This document shows, in pieces, positions 1 through 8,634 of a stretch of 40,560 nt of DNA. Each line of letters starts with the position of its first letter. Within the stretch, counting starts at the first letter, position 1. The position numbers and the translations under genes are program-made. This stretch comes from Pseudomonadota bacterium (GTDB lineage: Bacteria; Bdellovibrionota_B; Oligoflexia; Oligoflexales; CAIYRB01), in NCBI GenBank assembly GCA_031416315.1, contig JANOTL010000074.1, forward strand, positions 1 through 40,560, given 5' to 3'. Under the pieces are notes generated by a model. That model worked only from the letters and a program-made list of their open reading frames with translations, did no database searches and was not told where the DNA came from.

Positions 1-2
1 AA

Positions 3-134
3 GAGAAACCCCGCGGCGGCGGCGGCGGCGGCGGCGGTCGTTCCGGCGGCGGCGGCGGTCGCGGCGGCTACGGCGGCAGCGGCGGCGGCGGCGGTGGTTA
101 CGGCGGCGGTGGCGGCGGCGGCGGTCGCTGGTAA
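3..134 (+). CDS. 3' end of a glycine-rich protein, probably an RRM RNA-binding protein (partial, starts upstream of the window)
   Basis: The frame from nt 3 reads EKPRGGGGGGGGRSGGGGGRGGYGGSGGGGGGYGGGGGGGGRW*, with TAA at 132-134. This GGY/RGG tail ending in RW is typical of bacterial RRM proteins. Confidence 0.7.
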   Translation, partial: EKPRGGGGGGGGRSGGGGGRGGYGGSGGGGGGYGGGGGGGGRW

Positions 135-161
135 GATCCGCACTTCTTACTGTGAAATGCG

Positions 162-194
162 AGGCCCGGACGATCTGTCCGGGCCTTTTCTTTT
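162..194 (+). terminator. Rho-independent terminator
   Basis: Stem-loop AGGCCCGGAC-gatct-GTCCGGGCCT followed by TTTCTTTT, just after the stop codon at 134. Confidence 0.85.
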
Positions 195-296
195 GCGGCG
201 TTTTTGTGCTTTCGCCAAACGGCCGCGATTTAGCTCGCGGCTTGGGCCTGCCGATCGGGAATCACGACCGTTTTCCGGTCCGGAGACCCGATCGCC

Positions 297-1400
297 ATGA
301 AAACCTCGACCCGCGCCGCGCTGTCGCTCGTGCTCACCGCCTCCGCCTTCGGCTGCCGCGGCACCGCGCCGATCGATTCTGGCCTGAAAGATCAAAGCGG
401 TACCGCTGATACCGGCACCGACGGCGCCGGCGGCGTCATCTCCATCCTCGTCATCCCGCCGGGCGGCCCGCTCGACTGGACGACGCCGACGACGCTCACC
501 AAGAGCTCGGTCGCCTCGAAGCTGAAAGGCGAGCTCGCCAAGCAGCTAGGCCGCGTGAAGCTTCCGCATCCGATCGGCCACCTGCACGTGAAGATGAGCT
601 GCGACGGCGTCGAGATCCCGCTCACCGGCCAGACCGGCGGCGGCTCGGAGTACGCCACGCTCCTCGACGGCGTCGGCGCCTCCTTCCACACCTTCCCGGG
701 CGACCTCGACGTGACCGCGGCCGTGCAGCCCGACGTCGACGCGCGGCTGAAGAGCGGCAAGATCGCCGGCATGAACTTCAAGATCACCGGCAAGATGTGC
801 AAGCACCTCAAGGGCTACATCGACGAGTATGTGAAGCGTGGCGCGCATAAGTATTACGGCGGCCAGTTCCGTCCGCGGCGCTGGGAAGGCGCCGGTTGCT
901 CGGCCTTCGGCGTCAGCTTCATCGAGGTCGGCGGCTTCATGCGCCGCTCGCTCTACACCAAGACCTTCGCGCGGAGCCTCTTCATCGGCCTCGGCCGCGT
1001 CACCGACTTCATCGGCTCCGGCCAGTTCACCTACGGCTCCAACCTCAACGCCTATGACGAAAACGGCGCGCTCGTGCAGTGGCCGAAAGGCGTCAACGTC
1101 AAAGTCCTCAACGAGCCGATCAAGCCGGGTTCGCCGTGGCTCAAGGCCTGGACCGACGACAAGGACGCGAGCGCCAACGTCGCGCCGAGCGAGCAGCCGA
1201 ACCAGATCCCTTGGACGATCTACGATCCCGAGTTGATGTTCAATTGGATTCAGGGCGTCCATGCCGCCGGCGGCGGCGAAGTTTTCGGCCGGAATTGGAC
1301 GACGTCGACGCAGGGCGCGGCGCGATTCATCGAGACCGACGCCACTGACGCCGTGCCGCAACCGTGGGAAGATGCGCAGGATGATCTCAATTTGGATTGA
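297..1400 (+). CDS. Lipoprotein of unknown function, possibly a permuted papain-like fold
   Basis: 367-aa ORF with strong GC3 bias, a signal peptide and lipobox (AFGC). A PIGH motif followed much later by GAGCSAF suggests a His...Cys dyad (inference). Confidence 0.75.
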   Translation: MKTSTRAALSLVLTASAFGCRGTAPIDSGLKDQSGTADTGTDGAGGVISILVIPPGGPLDWTTPTTLTKSSVASKLKGELAKQLGRVKLPHPIGHLHVKMSCDGVEIPLTGQTGGGSEYATLLDGVGASFHTFPGDLDVTAAVQPDVDARLKSGKIAGMNFKITGKMCKHLKGYIDEYVKRGAHKYYGGQFRPRRWEGAGCSAFGVSFIEVGGFMRRSLYTKTFARSLFIGLGRVTDFIGSGQFTYGSNLNAYDENGALVQWPKGVNVKVLNEPIKPGSPWLKAWTDDKDASANVAPSEQPNQIPWTIYDPELMFNWIQGVHAAGGGEVFGRNWTTSTQGAARFIETDATDAVPQPWEDAQDDLNLD

Positions 1401-2076
1401 GGGTTGAGTCCCTCTGCCCCACTTCCAGAACGTAACGGTGCTCAGAAAGCGGCACTTTCCCCCGCATCAAAGCGATCCGCAGCGCCGCCTGATCGTATAC
1501 TCCGTAAAGCGCGGCCTCCGCCGCGCTCTCCCCGAGCTGGCCGTAGGCCGCCGCGATCGCCTCGCAGGTCGACACGCGCGCCGCGTCGTCGGGATTGCCG
1601 CGCGGCCGCATCGCCGTCCGCTCGACGAACGCCGGAATCGCCGGCAACGACACCCGCGGCAGCCGCGCCAGCTCCGGAATCCGCTTCACCATCCGCCGCG
1701 CCTGCCCCCAGGTCCCGTCCGGCACCACGAGCCGCAGCCGCTCGCCCGCGACGCGCAGCTCCTGCGACGCCGGCTCGGCGCCCAGCCCCGGATAAAACAG
1801 CACCGTGCGCCACGGCCGCCCGTCCGCGGCGTGCGTCTCCTCAAGCAAGGCGAGGTCGACATCGTCCCGCGTGCGCGAGCCTTGCACGCGCAGCAAGCAA
1901 TCCGACAGCACGAGCTTCGCGAGATGCCCCGTGTTGCTCATCTTGCGCGACTCCACCTCGTGCAGCACGACGATCAGCTGCACGTCGGACGTCACGCGCG
2001 CTACCGTCGCGCAAAGGCAGACCTCGCGGCGAAAACGGCAATGAATGCAAAACGCGGCGGCGTTAGGAAAGTGCAC
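1387..2076 (-). CDS. tapT: DTW-domain tRNA-uridine aminocarboxypropyltransferase
   Basis: N-terminal CxxC...CLC, then HxxE, SNTG, FYPG, PDGTW and STCEA motifs characteristic of DTW proteins. Confidence 0.88.
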   Translation of the reverse strand: MHFPNAAAFCIHCRFRREVCLCATVARVTSDVQLIVVLHEVESRKMSNTGHLAKLVLSDCLLRVQGSRTRDDVDLALLEETHAADGRPWRTVLFYPGLGAEPASQELRVAGERLRLVVPDGTWGQARRMVKRIPELARLPRVSLPAIPAFVERTAMRPRGNPDDAARVSTCEAIAAAYGQLGESAAEAALYGVYDQAALRIALMRGKVPLSEHRYVLEVGQRDSTLNPN

Positions 2077-2286
2077 CTACTGGCGCGCCGAGACGATGTC
2101 GCAGCTTTCCGATTCTTCGTCGTAAACGATCTTCGCCTCGCGCTTCTGCAGTTGACGCATGACCTGCGCGATCTTCGTCTCCAGCGATATCTCTCGCTCG
2201 CCGTAGTCGGTGCCCTCGCGTGTCACGAAATGCTCGATCAAGCCGCGCAGCGTTTCGGGTTCGAGCATGTCGTAGGGGACGTCCAC
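2077..2286 (-). CDS. yheU: YheU family (UPF0270) protein
   Basis: Sequence VPYDMLEPETLRGLIEHFVTREGTDYGE...IVYDEESESCDI. Likely GTG start at 2286. Confidence 0.85.
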   Translation of the reverse strand: MDVPYDMLEPETLRGLIEHFVTREGTDYGEREISLETKIAQVMRQLQKREAKIVYDEESESCDIVSARQ

Positions 2287-2380
2287 GCGCGGATCATATG
2301 AAATCCACGCCGTGAGCGCATCCCTCACTCTTCGCCTCCCGGAAGACGCCGACGAGGCTGCCGTCGACGTCACGGAGCGC

Positions 2381-2408
2381 GCCCGCCTCGTGCCATAACC
2401 AATTGATT
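2381..2408 (-). promoter_or_regulatory. Possible sigma54 promoter with an adjacent IHF site, upstream of yheU-tapT
   Basis: Minus strand TGGCACGAGGCGGGC (GG-N10-GC, weak -12 box) at 2381-2395. AATCAA-TTGG-TTA at 2396-2408 matches the IHF consensus WATCAR-N4-TTR. Confidence 0.4.
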
Positions 2409-2499
2409 TCTATTGTAAAAAAACGACTGTCGGCGGCGCCTTTCGCCGCGAGGAGGTCCGATGCATCAATCTGGACCGTCGAGCGTCGCGCGGTCTGAG

Positions 2500-3756
2500 T
2501 TACGGTGCCGCCGTGTCCGTCAACTCGATGTCGTCGACCGACTTGATGTACACCTGCGCGTTCGCCTGCTCGGTGGACACGACGTTCAACTTGCCTTTGA
2601 CGCGCACTTTGATCGCGTCTTTGCTCCAGAAGTTGCGCACCACGGACGGCGGCTGAGCGCTGGCGTTCCAGACGGCCTCTGCTTTGGCCTTCATGCCCAT
2701 GAAGATGGCCATGAAGTCCTCGTCGGTCGCGGCGTCCGGGAACAGCGTGTAGTTGCGGCCGATGCCGTTGGCGTCGACGACGCGGACGGCGTAGACGTCG
2801 GTCGAGATGGCCGGACTCTTCTCGAACTTCGCGAGATAGCCGACGACCTCGGTCTCCACGCCGTGGCAGTTGATCATCGGATCGACGATCTGGATCGCCT
2901 GCTCGACGTCGCCGTCGACCTCGAAGTGCGGCGGGCCCTTCTCGTGGCGAACGACCTTGACGGCGACGTTGACGATGTCGCCGCGGAAGATGGCCGCGGC
3001 GACCGCGTCGTGACGCGCCGGAACGGCGAGCGGCATCATCAGGTCCTTGTGCTCGATCACGAGCGCACGGCCCAAGGTGTCGGAGGCGACGGTGGCGTGC
3101 ACGAGCCCGAAGACCTCGAAGCGGTCTTGGCCCTTGAGACTCGCGAGATCGAAGTGATAGGCGTTGTCCGTCGGCTTATCGTACGCCTTGACGATCTCGA
3201 TCGCGGTGACCATCACGTGTGTGAGCGGGCTCCCGTTTTCGAAGACCTTGCCTTTCAGCCGGATCTTGTCGTGACGCTTGAGGGTCGGGAGAAGCTGCGC
3301 CACCTCGGCGCTCGCCGGGACGAGAGAGAATTGCTCGGCCTTGAAAAAGGCCATGAAGTCGTCCGGATCCTCCTTGCGGTACGTGAACACATACTGCTGG
3401 TACGACGGCACGGCGCCGTGCACCCAGCCGGTGAGGCCATCGCCAGCGAGCTTCTCGTTCAGGAGCGCATAGTCGAAGCGGTAAGGCGGCACGGGATTCT
3501 CGGGAATCTCCGGTCGGACGGCGCCGCAGTAGCTCGAGGCGGCCCATTGATCCTGCGGGATCGTCAAAGACAGAGCGGCCGGGGTCTCGGGCTGCGGCTG
3601 CGGCTGCGGCTGCGGCTGTGGCTGCGGCTGCGACACCGGCTCGGCGGCGGGCGGATTGCCGGCGTCCGGAGCTGGAGGCGTATCATTCTTATCGGTCGTG
3701 GCCTTGCCGCAGGAGACTACGGTGAGAACCAAAGCGGTCATGACTTTTGCGAGCAT
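2500..3756 (-). CDS. Lipoprotein of unknown function with a Pro/Gln linker; may contain repeated OB-like folds
   Basis: 418-aa ORF with lipobox VVSC and a QPQPQP linker. Recurrent D(K/I)(I/V)x(L/V) beta-strand patterns. Confidence 0.75.
   Translation of the reverse strand: MLAKVMTALVLTVVSCGKATTDKNDTPPAPDAGNPPAAEPVSQPQPQPQPQPQPQPETPAALSLTIPQDQWAASSYCGAVRPEIPENPVPPYRFDYALLNEKLAGDGLTGWVHGAVPSYQQYVFTYRKEDPDDFMAFFKAEQFSLVPASAEVAQLLPTLKRHDKIRLKGKVFENGSPLTHVMVTAIEIVKAYDKPTDNAYHFDLASLKGQDRFEVFGLVHATVASDTLGRALVIEHKDLMMPLAVPARHDAVAAAIFRGDIVNVAVKVVRHEKGPPHFEVDGDVEQAIQIVDPMINCHGVETEVVGYLAKFEKSPAISTDVYAVRVVDANGIGRNYTLFPDAATDEDFMAIFMGMKAKAEAVWNASAQPPSVVRNFWSKDAIKVRVKGKLNVVSTEQANAQVYIKSVDDIELTDTAAP
3590..3631. 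repeat. (GGCTGC)x7 coding tandem repeat (QP linker)
   Basis: Seen directly; one unit is GGCTGT. Confidence 0.9.
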
Positions 3757-3896
3757 GCTCTCTCCCCATCGGTTGAGCTTCCCCTATACAGGAGGCGCGC
3801 CTCGGGGCGCCACCCGCCCGTGACGCGGCGTGTCCCGGGGTCGTGACAAGGAAGGCGGAGTCCTTCCGCAAGGGGCTGATTTGCGAGCCAATTCGT

Positions 3897-3913
3897 TTGG
3901 CACGGGCTTCGCA
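3897..3913 (+). promoter_or_regulatory. Sigma54 (-24/-12) promoter
   Basis: TTGGCACGGGCTTCGCA gives GG-N10-GC, close to consensus. It is followed by a GGAGGT RBS (3925-3930) and ATG at 3938. Confidence 0.65.
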
Positions 3914-3937
3914 ATGCGCGGCGCGGAGGTTCCGCCC

Positions 3938-4270
3938 ATGCTCACCAACTCACTAGGATGGACGCAAGCCAGCGAGACGTACGACGTCGACGCCGACGGC
4001 AAGCTCATCGTCACCATCTTGTTCAATCAATCCGTCAGCGGCAGCGCCGCTGCATCTCTCAACTGCATCGGCTCGGTGCGCCACGGCATCCCGCGCTTCG
4101 AGCGTTACGCCTTAGTGCCGGCCGATGCGGGGGTCGCCGCGACCCTGCGCGATCGCGGCATGCCGCTTCGGGGAAAACGGCTCGCCGCTTTGGCTGGCAT
4201 GCGGCACGATGTGCTCCGTCCCTTAGCCGCCCTCATCGGCGCGCAGCAGCTGGCCCGCGTCGCGGTCTGA
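3938..4270 (+). CDS. Hypothetical protein (110 aa), first gene of the tgt operon
   Basis: Strong RBS and a sigma54-like promoter upstream; its stop codon overlaps the tgt frame (CTGA). Confidence 0.55.
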   Translation: MLTNSLGWTQASETYDVDADGKLIVTILFNQSVSGSAAASLNCIGSVRHGIPRFERYALVPADAGVAATLRDRGMPLRGKRLAALAGMRHDVLRPLAALIGAQQLARVAV

Positions 4271-5421
4271 CGCGCGCCCGTCTCTCCCGGGAGTCGACGA
4301 CGAGCCGCCTCAACTTCGTGATCGACGCCGAAGCTCTCGGAAGCTCGGCCCGCGCCTGCACTTTTCAGACCGTGCATGCGCGCGTTCAAACGCCCGTCTT
4401 CATGCCCGTGGGCACGCAGGCGACGGTGAAAGGCTTACGCGTCGAAGAGTTGCACGAAACCGGCGCGCAGGTGCTTTTAGCCAACACTTATCATTTACTG
4501 CTGCGTCCTGGGCCGGAGGTGTTCGAGCGTCTCGGCGGCATCCATCGCCTCATGGGCTGGGAAGGTTCGATCCTCACCGACTCCGGCGGCTTTCAGATCT
4601 TCTCGCTGTCTCACGCACGCAAGATGTCGGAAGAAGGTGCGGCCTTCGTGAGTCACATCGATGGCCGCAAGATCCTCCTGACGCCGGAGTCGAGCATCGG
4701 CATGCAGCGGGCCATCGGCAGCGACATCATGATGGTGCTGGACGAGTGCATTCCCGCGACGGCGGAGCATGCGGTCGCGCGGAAGGCGATGGATCTTACG
4801 CATCGTTGGGCAAAGCGAAGCCTGGAGGCGCGCGGCGACAGTCCGCAAGCTTTGTTCGGCATCGTCCAAGGCGCCCTGTTTCCAGAGCTTCGCAAAGAGA
4901 GCGCGGAGACTCTCGCTGCGCTCGACTTCGACGGCTACGCCATTGGTGGCCTCGCCGTCGGTGAGACGAAAGCAGAGCGTGAGGACTTCACCGAGCTCAC
5001 CGCGGCGCTCCTTCCCCGCGACCGGCCGCGTTATCTAATGGGCGTCGGTACGCCCGCGGATCTGCTCGAAGCGGTGCATCGCGGTGTCGACATGTTCGAT
5101 TGCATCATCCCAAATGCACATGGACAACAGGGAGTTGCCTACACCTCGCGCGGCCGGTTGCGGCTCGGTCGGGCGCTCTACAAGTTCGCGGATGAGCCGA
5201 TCGATCCGGATTGCGACTGCTACACGTGCCGTCGTTTCTCTAAGGCGTACATGCACCATCTGCACAAGGCGGGTGAAAGCCTGGGATGGAATCTCACCTC
5301 ACTCCACAACCTGCGCTACTACCATCGTCTGATGGCGACGATACGTGGGCACATCCTTCAGGGAACGTTCGCGACGTTCTACCGTTCTGAAGCGATTCGC
5401 CAAAGCTTCGAGCTCGCTTGA
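4267..5421 (+). CDS. tgt: Queuine tRNA-ribosyltransferase (tRNA-guanine transglycosylase); start codon uncertain
   Basis: Motifs TPVFMPVGT, LANTYHL, DSGGFQ, LDEC, GIVQG, GGLAVGE, YLMGVG, FDC, the CDCYTC Zn site and HN. Candidate starts are CTG 4267 or GTG 4318. Confidence 0.93.
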   Translation: MTRARLSRESTTSRLNFVIDAEALGSSARACTFQTVHARVQTPVFMPVGTQATVKGLRVEELHETGAQVLLANTYHLLLRPGPEVFERLGGIHRLMGWEGSILTDSGGFQIFSLSHARKMSEEGAAFVSHIDGRKILLTPESSIGMQRAIGSDIMMVLDECIPATAEHAVARKAMDLTHRWAKRSLEARGDSPQALFGIVQGALFPELRKESAETLAALDFDGYAIGGLAVGETKAEREDFTELTAALLPRDRPRYLMGVGTPADLLEAVHRGVDMFDCIIPNAHGQQGVAYTSRGRLRLGRALYKFADEPIDPDCDCYTCRRFSKAYMHHLHKAGESLGWNLTSLHNLRYYHRLMATIRGHILQGTFATFYRSEAIRQSFELA

Positions 5422-6644
5422 TGCGACCCCATCCGACGCTCACTTTAGACCTGAGCCTCACGGACGTCGCGGCCGGCGTCGTCGGCTGCCTACGTTCCGA
5501 CCGCTTCGCGACGAGTAATGGGGAGATCGCGCGTGCGTTCGGGGCGCCTTGCCTCGCCAGCCTGACTTTACGCTCCGCGTTCGATCTGTATCTAGCGGCG
5601 CAGCGCTTTCCGCGCGGGAGCGAGATCCTCCTCAGCGCGATCACGCATCCGGAAATGGTGGCCATCGTCGCGGCGCACGGTCTCGTCGCTCTGCCGATAG
5701 ACCTCGACCCGAGGACGATGGCGCCGCGGGCCGAGCTTCTGGACCGAGCGCTGAGTCCGCGGACGAAAGCCCTCGTCGTGGCTCACCTTTTCGGCGGGAG
5801 GTTGGAGCTCGACAGTCTGTTGGCGTGGTGCCGCCGGAACGGCGTTCTCTTGCTCGAGGACTGCGCGCAAGCATTCGGCGGCGGCTATCGCGGCGACGCG
5901 CGCGCGGACGCCGCATTCTTCAGCTTTGGCCCGATCAAGGCGTGCACGGCCGTCGGTGGTGCGGTGGCGTGCGTGCGCGACGCGCGTATTCTGAGAGAGA
6001 TGACGGTGCTGCAATCGCATTATCCGAGGCAGGGCCGCGGCGAGTTCATGGGGCGTCTCGTGCGCTTCGCCTTGATTGGCGCTGCGTTAAAGAGTCCGAC
6101 CTTCTTGAGGCTCGCCGCGCGTCTATGCCGCCGGCGTGGGGTCCTTTTGAGCGACGTCATGCGTCGCTCGTTGAAGAGCTTCAGTGGGGACTTTCGAATC
6201 GAGCGCCTGCGTCGGCGCCCTTCGACGCCTTTGCTGCGGCTTTTGGCTCGACGACTGCGGCGTGGCTCGGAAACGACCAAGCTCCGCCGGTACGCCGGCG
6301 AGGCCTTGAGTCGTGCCATCGACCCAGACGCGCAGCCTGGCGGCGACGCGCGCGACCATCTGCACTGGATCTTTCCGGTGGCGACGGAGACGCCCGACGC
6401 CTTGATCGCGAGCCTCCTAGCGGCCGGACACCACGGCATGCGAGGCTTGTCGAACCTCACCACCTTCGCGTCCCCGGCCGACCGGCCGGAGCTCGATCCG
6501 CGTCTGGCGCGTCGCCTGACCGAGCAGTCCGTGCTCGTGCCGATGCATGCGGGCCTGCACGACGCGGCGATCGCTTGCCTTGCGGCCGCGATTCAGATGA
6601 ATCGGGCGAGCCCGCGCTTGCCGACGCCTGTGAAGCCCTCGTGA
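5421..6644 (+). CDS. DegT/DnrJ/EryC1/StrS family PLP-dependent aminotransferase
   Basis: Motifs VVAHLFG, EDCAQA and FSFGPIK (PLP lysine) followed by GG. TGATG overlap with the tgt stop codon. Confidence 0.85.
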   Translation: MRPHPTLTLDLSLTDVAAGVVGCLRSDRFATSNGEIARAFGAPCLASLTLRSAFDLYLAAQRFPRGSEILLSAITHPEMVAIVAAHGLVALPIDLDPRTMAPRAELLDRALSPRTKALVVAHLFGGRLELDSLLAWCRRNGVLLLEDCAQAFGGGYRGDARADAAFFSFGPIKACTAVGGAVACVRDARILREMTVLQSHYPRQGRGEFMGRLVRFALIGAALKSPTFLRLAARLCRRRGVLLSDVMRRSLKSFSGDFRIERLRRRPSTPLLRLLARRLRRGSETTKLRRYAGEALSRAIDPDAQPGGDARDHLHWIFPVATETPDALIASLLAAGHHGMRGLSNLTTFASPADRPELDPRLARRLTEQSVLVPMHAGLHDAAIACLAAAIQMNRASPRLPTPVKPS

Positions 6645-6674
6645 GGCCGGCAGTCCTCGTCGAGTAGCGTGTCG
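6408..6674 (+). repeat. Left copy of the 267-bp direct repeat (degT 3' end plus an orphan 3' end of the acyltransferase gene)
   Basis: Aligns without gaps to 21824-22090, with 23 mismatches by manual count. Confidence 0.95.
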
Positions 6675-7050
6675 CCGCGTGGAATTGCGAGCGCCCACAT
6701 CATCCCGGATGGATGATGCATCGCGCTGGCATCCACCAACTCCTGCGTCATGCAGGGGTCGCCCACTGCGCCTGGGCTCGTCGCGATGACGGTCCACCCG
6801 CACGACGTCTCGGAGCCGATGTTGGTCGATGTGACCTCCGGAAGGTCCCCCCCCTCCTCCACCCGCCCCACCCATCTCCGCACGCGGGCGAGGCGGCCAC
6901 GGTGAAGCTCGTGACGATCGAGGTCTTTGAAGACGTTGGGTGTCGCGCCGCGCATTGCGCTCGGGCGGAGGAGCTTTTGTGCAGGAAGCCCGTAATCAGA
7001 AGTGCTAGAATTCTTGCATTCGACCCAAAAAAAAATGCTGAGGAGCCCGT

Positions 7051-8091
7051 ATGCGTCATCGTGTATCCCTTCTGGCTTTCGCGCTCGCCGTCAACGTGAT
7101 CTCCGGCTGCAAGGCTCGTAAGGACGGCGCATCGCAGGTGAAATCCGAGGACGACATCCAGCCGGGCGAGATGCAGTGGGTCGGCTCCGAGAAGAAGTGG
7201 GCGATCACCTGCCGCGAGGGGCGCCTGCACAAGGGCTACCGCTCGACCTTGATCCGCACGGAAGACCTGGCCAAGGCCTGCGAAGAGATCGATCCGAACA
7301 GCGGTTCGGGCGGCGGCGGCGGCGGCGGTGGCGGCGTGGTCGTGGTCCAGCCCGGCCCCGCCGGCGAATGGGACCTCGCGCTCAAATGTCCGAACCGGCC
7401 CGAGAAGATAAAGAAAGTGAACTTCGCGCTCGGCAACACCTGGATCGCCGAACTGATCGCGATGCCGCCGGCACTCGCGACGCAGCAGCTGTGTACGGGC
7501 TTCGTCTCAAAATTCAACCAGATCCTGAGCGCGAGCGACAGCCTCTTCAAAGCGCTCACCGGCGAGAGCAACGGCGGCGCCGCCATCCTCGTCATCGTCG
7601 AGAAGGGCGGGACCGCGGTCGCTTACGACGCCTCGGCCTTCGTCCTGACGGTGCCTTGGAAGATCGACGACGCGTCGATCGACGGCATCGCCTCGGCGAT
7701 GGGCGCCTCCGTCAACCTGTGCGGCGAGAAGTCGGCGTACATCGCCAAGGCCTGCTGGTATCCGACCCTCACCAAGGCCGAGAGTTGCATCCAAGCATGC
7801 GCTCGCATCGTCAAGAGCTACGACACGCGCACGGCGAGCCTCGCCGGCGAGCCGGGCGGGACGAACGAGAACTGCGCGGCGATCGCCGCACAGTTCGGCC
7901 AAGGTTTCGGCGGCCAGAACCAAAACTGTGAGCAGGCGCAGGGCTGCGGCTACATCGTCAACGGCGCGAAGGCCTTCCGCTGCGTCGGGAAGAACACCAC
8001 GGGCGACGCGACGGGCGGGCAGTACTTCTCGGATCCGGCCGGGCAGTCGGGGGCTTGGCAGGACGCGCTGCGTTATTGCGCATGCAAGTGA
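7051..8091 (+). CDS. Cys-rich lipoprotein with a poly-Gly linker
   Basis: GAGGAG RBS, lipobox ISGC, about 14 Cys residues, high GC3. Confidence 0.8.
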   Translation: MRHRVSLLAFALAVNVISGCKARKDGASQVKSEDDIQPGEMQWVGSEKKWAITCREGRLHKGYRSTLIRTEDLAKACEEIDPNSGSGGGGGGGGGVVVVQPGPAGEWDLALKCPNRPEKIKKVNFALGNTWIAELIAMPPALATQQLCTGFVSKFNQILSASDSLFKALTGESNGGAAILVIVEKGGTAVAYDASAFVLTVPWKIDDASIDGIASAMGASVNLCGEKSAYIAKACWYPTLTKAESCIQACARIVKSYDTRTASLAGEPGGTNENCAAIAAQFGQGFGGQNQNCEQAQGCGYIVNGAKAFRCVGKNTTGDATGGQYFSDPAGQSGAWQDALRYCACK

Positions 8092-8110
8092 GCTGAGCTC
8101 CGCCTCGCAG

Positions 8111-8262
8111 CTAGCGGGCGACGCGCAACGCCGCCCGCAGCTGCACGTCCGCCGCCAGCTGCTGCTGCACGTTCTCCTTCCGCCTCGTCGTCTCCGCCTG
8201 ATCCGGATCCATCGCCACGTCGACGTCCGGCGCGACGCTCACTTTGTCGTGCGCGTTGCTCC
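8111..8262 (-). pseudogene. C-terminal fragment resembling an S41 (CtpA/Prc) peptidase
   Basis: Minus strand reads ...HDKVSVAPDVDVAMDPDQAETTRRKENVQQQLAADVQLRAALRVAR*. The PDVxV...DxQLxAA pattern fits S41 C-termini. Confidence 0.45.
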
Positions 8263-8307
8263 CACCTGCCGGGTCCAACCGACGAAGAGGTCGAGGGCAT
8301 CGTGACG
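8263..8307 (+). mobile_element. Micro-fragment of an IS91-family transposase
   Basis: Encodes HLPGPTDEEVEGIVT, nearly identical to HLPGPSDEEVAGIV in the IS91 remnant near 19185-19227. Confidence 0.6.
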
Positions 8308-8634
8308 CTGCCGGCTGGCCGCGGCATGCCGGCTGCGGTCAGCGGTTGCGGACGGCGGGAACGCTAGCCTGCGCCCCGCGCCCCGGGTGCTTGTCGGTGC
8401 GGGGGCTCAGAGATACCTTGAGTCGTCTATGAACTAAAATTTGTTTGAAAAGGGGCTCACGATGCGGTCGCGTTCGTATTCGCGCCGTGACGGCTCGGCT
8501 CCGCCCAGCGCGAGACACTTGGTCGGGATGACGTCCGCTTCCAGGTTCATTGAACGAGAACTGTTGGTCCCGTGGATTCAGGAGCAGCGAAATGTGGCAT
8601 GAAGCCTTCTTCTCATCGTCCGGCAGGCAAGACT

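Noticed and set aside
13..125. (GGC)n tract as a possible microsatellite or G-quadruplex element
   Set aside because: Fully explained as Gly codons of a protein tail; the same applies to the run near 7309-7334.
2461..3846. Long antisense or alternate-frame ORFs (e.g. 2461-3846, 8572-9633, 33285-34832, 35294-36994, 23179-24348)
   Set aside because: Typical stop-poor shadow frames of high-GC genes, with no motifs, overlapping better-supported CDSs.
3958..4266. Long N-terminal extension of TGT in the ORF track
   Set aside because: Arg-rich off-frame reading of the upstream gene at 3938-4270, which has its own RBS and promoter.
6593..6955. 120-aa minus-strand ORF ending in the acyltransferase C-terminus
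   Set aside because: Only the last ~26 codons come from the duplicated segment. The rest has no recognisable family and is probably a chance fusion.
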